Below are positions 17,076 to 26,029 of a stretch of DNA of 32,079 nt, piece after piece (within the stretch, counting starts at the first letter, position 1; the number at the start of each line of letters is the position of its first letter). The stretch is taken from assembly GCA_964523275.1 (NCBI GenBank), contig CAZFZI010000004.1, positions 1 through 32,079 on the forward strand. Direction: 5' to 3'. This stretch comes from an uncultured Candidatus Saccharibacteria bacterium (GTDB taxonomy: Bacteria; Patescibacteriota; Minisyncoccia; Minisyncoccales; UBA5738). A program made the translations under genes and the position numbers. The notes beneath the pieces are model-generated. The model was not told the origin of the DNA and ran no database searches. It saw nothing but the letters and a program-made list of their open reading frames with translations.

Positions 17076-18230
17076 CTATTTTAAAACCCCGGCATCGGCG
17101 GCGCGCGTCCGGCGCGAGATATTCAACAATAACCCGACTGCGGCCAATTCCGCAATAATCGCAGTTCCACCATAACTGATAAAAGGCAAAGGAATACCGC
17201 TTAGCGGAATAATCCCCGTGGTAGACGCGATATTGACTATCCCCTGCGCAACAATCCAAAAAGTGATGCCGCAAGCCGCCAAATATTCAAATTTTTGGCG
17301 GGCTTTACGAGCAATCAAAAAACCGCGCCAAGCAAAAACCATAAGAATCACCACAAGCGCCGCGCTTCCCGCAAATCCCAATTCGTTTGCATAGGGCGCA
17401 AAGATGGAATCACCGATGAGTTCGGGTAATGAAGCGTATTTCTCGGATGAAGCCCCAAACCCCTGGCCAAAAACCCCACCGGAACCAACACTGATCAATG
17501 CTTGGCTGGATTGAAACCCCTTTCCCAGCGGGTCCACTTCGGGGGACATCCACGAAGCAAGCCGTTCAGCCCGATAAGGCGCGAAAAAAACCAAGGCCGC
17601 CAACGCCAAAATCCCGGCAAAAATAATTAAAAGAGTGTGTTTGAATGGAGTGCCGGCCAAAAAATACATCGCGCAAACCGTGAGAGTGATGATGCCAAAA
17701 GTGCTCAAATCGGGTTGTTTTAGAAGCAAGAGCCCTACCAAAGCAACCACCAAGGCAAAAGCCGACAGCGTGTTTTGAAATTCTTGTTTTAAATTTTTCG
17801 CGGCCTTTGCCGCGCCGTCAATCCGTGAAGCCAGCCAGCTGGCCAAATAAACAATGAAGACCGGCTTCAATATCTCCGAAGGCTGGATTGTTGCTATCCC
17901 CAGATGAATCCATCTTTGCGCGCCACCGGCGGAAAACCCCAGTTTCGGAACAAAAACCAAAATCAAAAGCACGATTGAGAGCAGAAGCAAAAATGGCGCG
18001 AACTTGCGCGTTATGCCAAGCGGAATTTTGTAAGCCAAAAAACCCGCGGCCAGCCCCGGCAAAATCCCCAAAACCAACTGATGGCGGATTAAATAATAGC
18101 TATCATGATATTTTGCCAGCGCCAGCATTGCCGAAGCGCTGGACAAAATCATTGCGCCCAAAACCAGCGCGATCGCGCAAACCGCCAACAAAACGAAATC
18201 CGGACTTTTTGCTTGATTTTGTTGTATCAT
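17076..18230 (-). CDS. ftsW: SEDS peptidoglycan glycosyltransferase FtsW
   Basis: GAQRWI, QPSEILK, QPD, GSGGVFGQG, GIPLPFISYGGT. ATGA overlap with the murD stop. Confidence 0.93.
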   Translation of the reverse strand: MIQQNQAKSPDFVLLAVCAIALVLGAMILSSASAMLALAKYHDSYYLIRHQLVLGILPGLAAGFLAYKIPLGITRKFAPFLLLLSIVLLILVFVPKLGFSAGGAQRWIHLGIATIQPSEILKPVFIVYLASWLASRIDGAAKAAKNLKQEFQNTLSAFALVVALVGLLLLKQPDLSTFGIITLTVCAMYFLAGTPFKHTLLIIFAGILALAALVFFAPYRAERLASWMSPEVDPLGKGFQSSQALISVGSGGVFGQGFGASSEKYASLPELIGDSIFAPYANELGFAGSAALVVILMVFAWRGFLIARKARQKFEYLAACGITFWIVAQGIVNIASTTGIIPLSGIPLPFISYGGTAIIAELAAVGLLLNISRRTRAADAGVLK

Positions 18231-19573
18231 TTTAGCTTGGCGGATGCCTTCTTCGCGAGGCATTCTTTAAAACGATTGCCACGGTCGGCATAATCGGCAA
18301 ATTGACCGAAACTCGCCGAAGCCGCGGAAAGCAAACAAATTTCCCCCTTTTTGGTTTCTGAAAAAACGAAATTGACCGCCTCTTCCATCGTTTCAACAAA
18401 ATAATGTTTCAATTTCAATAAACGCTCATTTTTATTCGCGATTGCCGCCTGATTTTTAACTTCTTCCCAAATTCTATCGCCGGTCACCGGAAACAGGATC
18501 AATGTTTTAACGTTGCTATCCAAAATCACAACGGCAAGCTTATCAAACGGCTGTCCCCGATCAAAACCCCCCGCAATCAAAGTTGAAACCGCGTTTCCCA
18601 ACCCGCGAATTGCCGCCACCGCGCTTTCCTGAATCGTGGACAACGAGTCGTTATAACAATTAATGCCGGAAAAACTGCCGACAAATTCCAGCCGATTGGC
18701 CAGCGGTTTGAATTCCGAAATCGCCGCGTTTACGGTTTCATTCGAAACACCCAGCAAACGGCCAACAATCGCGCCAATCTTGGCATTTTCCAAATTAAAA
18801 TCGCCGATTAAATTTGTTTTTTTAGCAAAATCCCATTGATATTCGTTGAAAGCAATTTTTTTGGCCGCCGATTTTTCCGCAATCTCTTTGGCTTCAGGAT
18901 TAGTGGAATTATATATTAAATAATCCTTTTTTGATTGATGGATAGCTATATTCGCTTTAGCGCGAATATATTCGTCATAATTGGCATAATAATCCAGATG
19001 CTCCGGATATATATTCAGAAGCACGGCAACGTGCGGACTTTTGTTTAAATTATAAAGCTGATGCGCCGAAAGCTCGCAAACAAAAAATGTTTCTTTGCCC
19101 CCAGTGTCAAGATATGAAAGCAAGGGCTGGCCGATATTGCCCAAAAGAAAAACATTTCTGCCGGATTTTTTGAGAATTTCATAAATTATTGACGCAGTGG
19201 TGCTTTTGCCTTTGGTCCCGGTGACGCCGATAATCATCCCCGGGCATTTTTCAAAAAATATCTCTGTTTGAGAAGTGATTTTCCCTTGCCGATATGCCGC
19301 TTCAATTTCGAGCAAATGAATCGGCACGCCCGGCGACTTCACAATCAGATCATAATCATCAATTGCCGACAAATAATCATCGCCGCCAAAAAAACAAACT
19401 TGGGAATTTCGCGCCAAAAGCTCCCGCGCCGGTTCATTCAGTTCGGTCAATTCCAGACGATCCGCGGCACCAATTTGAGCAGAGGGATATTTTTTCAAAA
19501 AATAGCGCAAACTGTCAACGCCTTCCCGGGCCATCCCCAAAATCAATATTTTTTTATTATCGCAATCTGCCAT
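18227..19573 (-). CDS. murD: UDP-MurNAc-L-Ala--glutamate ligase (possibly the L-Glu-using MurD2 type)
   Basis: KSPGV, GVTGTKGKSTT, GNIG, ELSAHQL, PEHLDY, NDSLST, SFGQF. Confidence 0.92.
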   Translation of the reverse strand: MADCDNKKILILGMAREGVDSLRYFLKKYPSAQIGAADRLELTELNEPARELLARNSQVCFFGGDDYLSAIDDYDLIVKSPGVPIHLLEIEAAYRQGKITSQTEIFFEKCPGMIIGVTGTKGKSTTASIIYEILKKSGRNVFLLGNIGQPLLSYLDTGGKETFFVCELSAHQLYNLNKSPHVAVLLNIYPEHLDYYANYDEYIRAKANIAIHQSKKDYLIYNSTNPEAKEIAEKSAAKKIAFNEYQWDFAKKTNLIGDFNLENAKIGAIVGRLLGVSNETVNAAISEFKPLANRLEFVGSFSGINCYNDSLSTIQESAVAAIRGLGNAVSTLIAGGFDRGQPFDKLAVVILDSNVKTLILFPVTGDRIWEEVKNQAAIANKNERLLKLKHYFVETMEEAVNFVFSETKKGEICLLSAASASFGQFADYADRGNRFKECLAKKASAKLK

Positions 19574-19587
19574 ATTGGAAATTTTAG

Positions 19588-19757
19588 CATAAAAAAACGC
19601 GCCTTAAAAGCAAGCGCAAAAGTAAAAAGGAGAGGTGGGATCCGCTTCCCTTAGCCGGTCCCGATCAACGAATCGGAAACGATTAACGAAAGCGTTCCTC
19701 AGAGCTCTCCTGTTTTTGCGGAGCGGATGAACCGCCCTTGATAAAGAGGCAGTTTCA
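19588..19757 (-). ncRNA. Unannotated structured RNA, 6S-like rod candidate
   Basis: GC-rich intergenic island. On the minus strand the nested helices are AGGAGAG/CTCTCCT, CGCTTTC/GGAAGCG and TTCCGAT/ATCGGGA, with 5'/3' end pairing. TAGAAT lies 7 nt upstream and a T7 tract lies downstream. Confidence 0.5.
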
Positions 19758-20020
19758 AAAATGATTCTACTCTGTTCAAAAGAATTTTCGCTTTTGAAAA
19801 AATCATTTTAAAAACCTTCTGTTTGAAATGTTCTTTCCTTCCCGCCTTTGTTTCCTTCTCTCACAATTTAATTTTATACCCTGATAATAATATGTCAAAT
19901 CCAGTTATCCACACCCGTAAATTTATCCTCATAAAAACATTAAAGAATTTGCGAAAAATGTCGTTTCAAAAATTGCAATTTAAGCTTATTTTTAAAATTT
20001 TTCATATACCCAGTAAGTAG

Positions 20021-21424
20021 TTACCCACGGCGAAGGGCGGTTTGAAGGGCGGATTTGAGATTATTTTCAAGATTTTTGGGAAGATTGTGGCGGTTGTTCC
20101 ACGATGATAATATTTTTTGGCTTTGCTTTTCCATGCTGCCGTATTTTGGCAAAAATTCTTTTTCAAAAACCTCTAGCAAAACCGGCAGATTGTTTGCATT
20201 CTCCCCTTTCACAGCTTTTAATGACAAATAAAACGCAACACGGGTTTCCTCAAACGTGCCCACGCACTCAAACGGCTTGCAGGCCGCCACGCCCAACAGT
20301 TCGCGCATCAGGGGAATCAAGTCCTTGTCTTCAAAAAGATTCTTTTCAAAAATCTTTCTAATTTCTCTTTTACTAACAAACGGATAAAGCATCGCAAATA
20401 CCGAAAGACATTTCGGGCACTCACCGCACCAACCGACAATTTTTTTTTGCCGGTTTTTAATCGTAAACGGTTTGTTGCAACTTATAAAATGGGGAAAATA
20501 TTTTGGATGGCGCGAAAACAGCATCGCGATTTGTGTTTCGTGGAGCGGGCGCAAAAAACTGAAAAAATTAATGTTTTTTGCCAGATATTTTTTGCAATAT
20601 TTGCGAAATTTGTTTTCAAAATCAAATGATTTGGAGTATTGATGGTTCACGTCTTGATCCAGATATTTTATATTGCCCTCGCTTGAGCTTCTTTCCTGCG
20701 AAATGGCAACATAACCGCAATCAAACACAGCCGCCAATGCCGCGGAATATATTGCCAGGACCGCGGAAAACGGCGTGTGGCCGTTTAAAAATCCTTTTTG
20801 CGCCAACAGCACCAGTTGAGAATCTATCGTTCTTTCCACGGCAATTGCCGTGCCCTTGGCGACACGGCAAACTTCTTTTAACGGCTCATTTGGGTTGAGA
20901 GCAAACAGAAGGAGTTCTTCACCCGCCCGCCGCAACAATTCCAGCGTCACCAACGAGTCTTTGCCACCCCCCATGGGCACCAAAGCCCGATTCTCCAATC
21001 TCGTCGCAAAGGGATTTGGATGTTTTTTTGGTTTTGGAAAATTTATTTGCCAATCCGGCGCGATAAAGGGCAACCGGTTTTCATAGAAAAACTGCGCCAT
21101 ACCTTTGGCAATCAAGTTTTGCCAGAATTTTATCTGCGTTTTGTCCAGATAGCCGGCTTTGATAATGATTTTGGGACAACACGCGGCTTTCCAATAACTG
21201 GGGATCTCGGCCAAACCCATATTGAAAACAAAATTTGTTATTGCTTCCTCCCCTATTTTTTCAATTCTCGCCGCATCAATCCCGCGGATAATAATTTTGG
21301 GATTGAATTTCATATCCCCCATGGCAAAACAAAAACTCGCGGCCAAATCGCCGCCCGCAATTTTCCAGTCAAAACTTTCATAAACAAACTCCGGATATTT
21401 TTTTTGCAACTCTTTTAGTTTCAT
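20021..21424 (-). CDS. murL: MurL-like UDP-MurNAc-L-Ala-L-Glu epimerase
   Basis: GGGKDS PP-loop, NGHTP, ERSSSEGN, VNHQYSKSFDFE, SCN, WCGECPKC, KPFECVG. Located between mraY and murD. Confidence 0.8.
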   Translation of the reverse strand: MKLKELQKKYPEFVYESFDWKIAGGDLAASFCFAMGDMKFNPKIIIRGIDAARIEKIGEEAITNFVFNMGLAEIPSYWKAACCPKIIIKAGYLDKTQIKFWQNLIAKGMAQFFYENRLPFIAPDWQINFPKPKKHPNPFATRLENRALVPMGGGKDSLVTLELLRRAGEELLLFALNPNEPLKEVCRVAKGTAIAVERTIDSQLVLLAQKGFLNGHTPFSAVLAIYSAALAAVFDCGYVAISQERSSSEGNIKYLDQDVNHQYSKSFDFENKFRKYCKKYLAKNINFFSFLRPLHETQIAMLFSRHPKYFPHFISCNKPFTIKNRQKKIVGWCGECPKCLSVFAMLYPFVSKREIRKIFEKNLFEDKDLIPLMRELLGVAACKPFECVGTFEETRVAFYLSLKAVKGENANNLPVLLEVFEKEFLPKYGSMEKQSQKILSSWNNRHNLPKNLENNLKSALQTALRRG

Positions 21425-21427
21425 ATA

Positions 21428-22537
21428 TCAGCCCATCAGGCGGATTGCCACGCCCACCGCGGCAAAGATTATGCCCAAAATCCAAAACCGCATCGTCACG
21501 CTATGCGCCGGCCAACCGATGGCCTCAAAATGATGATGGATTGGCGTGGAAAGCCAAAGTTTTTTGCCGAACATTTTTTTATAGAAAAGCTGAACGATCA
21601 CCGATCCGGCATCTATCACCAACAAGCCCGCGATAATGGGCAAAACCACCACCGAATCGGTCAAAAACGCCACCACCGCCATTGCCGAAGTTAGCCCCAA
21701 AACACCAGTCTCTCCCATGTAAAATTTTGCCGGCGGAATGTTGAACCACAAAAACGAAAACAGCGCGCCGCAAATAATCGCGCAAAATGTCGCCAAATCC
21801 GCCTTACCCTGTGAAAAAGCGATCAGTGAAAACGCGGCGAAAATTGAAACGAACGCGCCGCCGGCAAGGCCGTCCAATCCATCAATCACTCCCCCTGCCC
21901 ACGACGCCAGCATCACCAACATAAAAAACGGAACATAATACCAGCCGATGAAAACATCAATTCCTTCCGGAAAATTCCCCCACAGCGGAATATGCATTGT
22001 TTGATATCCCAATTTTTCATAAAACCACCAGCCGCCCACCAATCCGATCACCGCCACCACCGCCAGCCGGCGCTTGAAGCTGATTCCCCCTCCCACATAT
22101 TTCCCGCCGCCATAAATTGTGATGATATCGTCAAACAAGCCGACCAGCGACCCCACAACCAGCGCGAAAAGAGGCAACCAAACCTCGCGCCGGGATAAAA
22201 AATCAAGCAAGACAAACCACCATGGATGCACAACTCCCAGGTTTTCCCAAAATTGGACAGGAATATTGGTAATTCCCCAAACAAAAAAAGTTAACAACAA
22301 CACCGAAATCCAAATCAACAATCCGCCGCCGCGCGGCACTGTTGTTTCCCGCTCCTTATGAAGTGAATGAAACACCGTTGCTTCTTCTCCGGTAATTGTT
22401 TTCCGGCGCGCATTTTTTTTCCAAAATTTAACACGGTTGAGAAACGCAATCAGACGCGGAGCGGACAAAAACGCGATTATTGAAGTTATCGCGGTAAAAA
22501 TCAACATTCTGATGATGTTAAAAGTGAATAATGTCAT
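21428..22537 (-). CDS. mraY: Phospho-MurNAc-pentapeptide transferase
   Basis: PRGGG, GLFDD, DGLDGL, WFNIPPAKFYMGETG, PIHHHFE. Confidence 0.93.
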   Translation of the reverse strand: MTLFTFNIIRMLIFTAITSIIAFLSAPRLIAFLNRVKFWKKNARRKTITGEEATVFHSLHKERETTVPRGGGLLIWISVLLLTFFVWGITNIPVQFWENLGVVHPWWFVLLDFLSRREVWLPLFALVVGSLVGLFDDIITIYGGGKYVGGGISFKRRLAVVAVIGLVGGWWFYEKLGYQTMHIPLWGNFPEGIDVFIGWYYVPFFMLVMLASWAGGVIDGLDGLAGGAFVSIFAAFSLIAFSQGKADLATFCAIICGALFSFLWFNIPPAKFYMGETGVLGLTSAMAVVAFLTDSVVVLPIIAGLLVIDAGSVIVQLFYKKMFGKKLWLSTPIHHHFEAIGWPAHSVTMRFWILGIIFAAVGVAIRLMG

Positions 22538-22538
22538 A

Positions 22539-23513
22539 TCAATTATGATTGTTGGCAAAATTCACCAACTTTTGCATTTCAACCACGCGCGCTTCCGACG
22601 AGGCCGACCCCAATAAAATATTGATATAATAACTTCCGGAATCGTTAGCAATAACCATAATCATACATCCGCCGGCTTTTTGGGTATATCCGGTTTTTCC
22701 GCCAGCCAAAGTTTGGCCGTCCCAAAGATTGATGCTAAAAATCCCGTTTTCCGTGCGATAAGGTCCGGACGTTATTGTTGTTGAAAAAATATCCGGATAA
22801 ACTTCAAGAATATGGCGCGTCAACGCCAGCAAATCAGCCGCGCTTGAATGATTGCACAAACCGCTCTCAATATCCAAGCCGGTGGCATTATAAAACAAAG
22901 TCTTTTCAAGTCCGATCTGAACAGCCTTTTGGTTCATCGCGGTAACAAACTCATCAATACCCATAAATTCGGCAAGCGCGTATGCCGCGTCGTTGCTGGA
23001 ATAAAAAAGCATCAAATGAACCAATTGACTGATGGTGTAATTTTCCCCTTCCAACAAATTGCCAAAAACCGGCACGTCATCTTGAACAGCGGCTTTTTGG
23101 CTGATTGTTGTTGTTTTTTCAAAATCATAAATTTGAGGATTTCCAAAAATTACCGCGGCGGCCATCAGCTTTGTGAGCGACGCGATAGGAAAAATTTCAT
23201 CGGTATTTTTTTTAAAAATTATATTTTCCCGGCCGGACGCGCCAACACGCAATAATAAAGCAGCCTTGGCATCCAATCGCAAATTTTGCTTTACAACCTT
23301 TTTGGGAATAACTAAAACAATATCGCTCATCGGCTGAGATATTTGCGCGTATAAATAATTTTCAAATCGCGCTTGACCGCTATTAATCGTCAAACACAGC
23401 GCGCAAGCCGAAACCGCCGCGCCAAAAAAAGATAACCATCTTTTAGCGCAAGAATTTTGTTTTTTCGCCCGCTTTCCGGGAGGCAGGGGCAATGGAATAT
23501 ACGACCTTATCAT
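22539..23513 (-). CDS. dacA: D-Ala-D-Ala carboxypeptidase (peptidase S11)
   Basis: PIASLTKLM (SxxK), SSND (SxN), GGKTGYT (KTG), N-terminal anchor. Confidence 0.9.
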   Translation of the reverse strand: MIRSYIPLPLPPGKRAKKQNSCAKRWLSFFGAAVSACALCLTINSGQARFENYLYAQISQPMSDIVLVIPKKVVKQNLRLDAKAALLLRVGASGRENIIFKKNTDEIFPIASLTKLMAAAVIFGNPQIYDFEKTTTISQKAAVQDDVPVFGNLLEGENYTISQLVHLMLFYSSNDAAYALAEFMGIDEFVTAMNQKAVQIGLEKTLFYNATGLDIESGLCNHSSAADLLALTRHILEVYPDIFSTTITSGPYRTENGIFSINLWDGQTLAGGKTGYTQKAGGCMIMVIANDSGSYYINILLGSASSEARVVEMQKLVNFANNHN

Positions 23514-24937
23514 TTTATCGGTTTTTCTTTTTTAATAATCGCCAACCCCAACTCTTTGAGCTGGTCGGAATTCACTTCCGAAGGCGCATTCATCATCAAA
23601 TCGCGGCCATCTCCGGTCTTGGGAAAAGCGATAGTTTCTCTGATATTGGGTTCTTGTTGTAACAACATAACCAAACGATCAAGCCCCCAAGCAATGCCTC
23701 CGTGCGGTGGAACACCATAAGAAAAAGCTTCAAGTATATGACCAAAATTTCTTTGAATACTCTGTTCGCTTAACCCCATTATGTCAAACACAGCCTTTAG
23801 CGCGATAGCATCATGATTGCGAATACTGCCGCCGCCGATTTCCCATCCATTAGCGACAATATCATATTGCGCCGCTAATATCTTTTCAATATTTTTTTTG
23901 CCCATCAAATCGTCAATAAATTCCGGCTTGGTTGCGGAAAACGGATTATGAGTAAACGTCCACTTATCATCATCGGTTTTTTCAAAAAAGGGAAAATCCA
24001 CCACCCAGCAAAAGGCAAGCAAATTGGGATTATTTTTGTCTTCGCGCATATCCGGCCGATCGCTACCGTATTTTCCCATTGCCTCCCGATAGGAAACTCT
24101 TGGAAAAGGAATCTGCTGAATAGTTTTTTCGGGGAACAATTCCTGCACCAACATAATTAACAAATCTTCGTTTAGTTGCATCATCTCTTCTTCGTCGATA
24201 AAGCTCATTTCAAGATCAAGTTGAGTAAATTCGGGCTGGCGATCACCGCGCGTATCTTCGTCGCGAAAACATCGCGCAATTTGAAAATACTTTTCAAATC
24301 CGGCAACCATTAAAAGTTGCTTGTATTGCTGGGGACTTTGAGGAAGCGCATAAAACAGCCCTTCTTGCAAACGCGCAGGAACCAAAAAATCGCGCGCACC
24401 TTCGGGAGTTGAGCGGGTAATATATGGCGTTTCGATTTCAATAAACTTTTTTTTAGTTAGAAAATCGCGAATAAAATTATTTATTTTATGTCGTATAGCA
24501 AAATTTTTTTGCAATCGTTGGCGGCGCAAATCAAGATAGCGATACTTCAAGCGGTTGTCTTCGCCGATTTCATAACCATCGCTGTCAATTGCAATCGGCA
24601 ATGTCTGCGCTTTTGATAAGACTTTCAAATCCCGCACCAAAATTTCCACGCCGCCGGTGGCAACTTTATCGTTAACCATATTTTCCGGGCGCGCCTTCAC
24701 CTCGCCAAAAATTTCCACCACCCACTCGCTCCTCACCTCTTTTGCCAAATCAAAAAACGGCGCTTTGGGAGTTACCACCATTTGAACCACGCCGCTTGCG
24801 TCGCGCAAATCAAAAAAAATCAGCTTCCCATGGGCGCGCACGATTTGCACCCAGCCGCAAAGCCTCACGGTTTGCCCGGCCATCTTCGGCGTTTGAGCAA
24901 TCATTGTCCTTGATAATTGTTTTTCCATATTTTCCAT
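23510..24937 (-). CDS. aspS: Aspartate--tRNA ligase (short form lacking the GAD insertion)
   Basis: FFDLRD, RYLDLR, TPEGARDF, ALPQSPQ, CFRDED..DRQPEFTQLD, PPHGGIAWGLDR. Start is 24937 or 24928. Confidence 0.96.
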   Translation of the reverse strand: MENMEKQLSRTMIAQTPKMAGQTVRLCGWVQIVRAHGKLIFFDLRDASGVVQMVVTPKAPFFDLAKEVRSEWVVEIFGEVKARPENMVNDKVATGGVEILVRDLKVLSKAQTLPIAIDSDGYEIGEDNRLKYRYLDLRRQRLQKNFAIRHKINNFIRDFLTKKKFIEIETPYITRSTPEGARDFLVPARLQEGLFYALPQSPQQYKQLLMVAGFEKYFQIARCFRDEDTRGDRQPEFTQLDLEMSFIDEEEMMQLNEDLLIMLVQELFPEKTIQQIPFPRVSYREAMGKYGSDRPDMREDKNNPNLLAFCWVVDFPFFEKTDDDKWTFTHNPFSATKPEFIDDLMGKKNIEKILAAQYDIVANGWEIGGGSIRNHDAIALKAVFDIMGLSEQSIQRNFGHILEAFSYGVPPHGGIAWGLDRLVMLLQQEPNIRETIAFPKTGDGRDLMMNAPSEVNSDQLKELGLAIIKKEKPIK

Positions 24938-24945
24938 ATATCCGG

Positions 24946-24974
24946 ATTCTACCCCATTTTGCCCCATATTTCAA
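24946..24974 (-). promoter_or_regulatory. aspS promoter
   Basis: Minus strand TTGAAA, 17 bp, TAGAAT, 8 nt upstream of ATG 24937. Confidence 0.65.
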
Positions 24975-25022
24975 CGCCACGGAGGATAATCGCATTTCCG
25001 CTCATCCGTTATAATTTGTTCC

Positions 25023-25045
25023 ACCTTTCGGGCGAAACATCCTAT
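25023..25045. repeat. 23-bp direct repeat / putative ArsR operator, copy 1
   Basis: ACCTTTCGGGCGAAACATCCTAT, identical to 25426-25448, with a TTTCG-N2-CGAAA dyad. Confidence 0.85.
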
Positions 25046-25092
25046 TCGCCCAGCTGGCTTAAAGATGAGGGCAAAAAAACAACTAAAGTTAA

Positions 25093-25359
25093 TCAATTGA
25101 ACAATTTAAGTAACGCGGAAATTTCGGGCCGCGGATTATCAACGATTCGGTAATGGGTTTCGTAGCCAGCTTGCTCGCGATCAACAATATCGTTGGCAAA
25201 AAGAATCACCAAATGTTTTGACACAGCTTTATATGAACAACCTACAGCATCTTTAATCATACCTACCGACGCCCCATCGCGCCGGATCAAAAGATATTTC
25301 ACAATCTTGAGCCGATTGATATTGGCAAACGCTTTGAAAATTTTTTCAAGTTTTTTCAT
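25093..25359 (-). CDS. ArsR/SmtB-family winged-helix regulator
   Basis: FKAFANINRLKI, SVGMI, AVSKHL, VDREQAG...Y. Confidence 0.85.
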   Translation of the reverse strand: MKKLEKIFKAFANINRLKIVKYLLIRRDGASVGMIKDAVGCSYKAVSKHLVILFANDIVDREQAGYETHYRIVDNPRPEISALLKLFN

Positions 25360-25425
25360 TTTGTTTTTTGTTTATTTTTTTCGTGTTTTCTATTCTAATT
25401 TTAACAGAAACCATTCATTTATTCT

Positions 25426-25448
25426 ACCTTTCGGGCGAAACATCCTAT
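25426..25448. repeat. 23-bp direct repeat / putative ArsR operator, copy 2
   Basis: Identical to 25023-25045 and upstream of the ArsR gene. Confidence 0.85.
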
Positions 25449-25656
25449 AGCTCATTCCACCATAATTTTTCAACCAAATTAAAAGCCCGGCACAACGGCC
25501 GGACAGAAAAACAAGATAATGTATCCAATCTATAATTAACATTTTTTTGATAGTTTTGTAGTTTTTCTGAAGATATCGGAAGTCTTCGCGGATTAATGTC
25601 TTTTCCGCAAATAACGCAATTTTTGGCCAATCATTTCAAAATTTCTTTTTTCATTT

Positions 25657-25839
25657 TCATATAATTCCTTTATTTTTAAGACTTATAAATCCGCGGGCGG
25701 TTAAAATGATGTGATCCGCAAGCTCAATGCCCAGGATTTTGCCGGCTTCCGCCAATCTCTTTGTTATTGCCAGATCATCGCTTGACGGCTCCAAATTGCC
25801 GCTGGGATGATTGTGGCAAACGATTACGCTTGCGGCGCG
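25657..25839 (-). pseudogene. radC: RadC/JAB-domain C-terminal fragment
   Basis: Reads [46 protein letters not shown]...KGII*. An in-frame TAA lies immediately upstream and the N-terminal part is absent. Confidence 0.85.
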
Positions 25840-25850
25840 TTATTTGTTTA

Positions 25851-26029
25851 GGCGGCTTTCATAAACAATATCCATATATTACCTTGCAAATTTGCTCCAG
25901 ATTTTGGTTTTCCGACCAAGCGAAATTTGAGGCGTAGCTCTCGCTACGGCGAAAATTTCGCGACCGAGGAAAAGCAAAATATGGAGCAAATCTGCGGGCA
26001 TGGTGTGGATATTGTTTATGAAAGCCGCC
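25851..26029. mobile_element. 179-bp MITE-like palindromic element
   Basis: Perfect 24-bp terminal inverted repeats GGCGGCTTTCATAAACAATATCCA. TTA on both flanks (25848-25850, 26030-26032). Internal arms are also complementary. Confidence 0.8.

Noticed and set aside
17017-17274. N-terminal extension of MurG in the ORF track, and similar extensions at 515, 5626, 8669 and 31089
   Set aside because: These arise from upstream alternative start codons that overlap other genes or promoters. The family motifs or better starts lie at later ATGs.
19630-19705. c-di-AMP (ydaO) riboswitch or RNase P RNA resemblance (GAGGAAC..UUAAUC..GCUAA)
   Set aside because: Other conserved blocks (GCUGAAUC and GUAGGG for ydaO, GAGGAAAGUCC and the required length for RNase P) are missing.
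19670-19760. Hammerhead ribozyme (CUGAGGA and GAAAC both present on the minus strand)
   Set aside because: Stems I and II cannot be formed next to the core nucleotides.
25631-25633. TGA readthrough or genetic code 25, joining MKMKKEILK to the CxxC ORF
   Set aside because: TGA is a normal stop in rplI, ychF, murD and others, and Trp is encoded by TGG, so code 11 applies.
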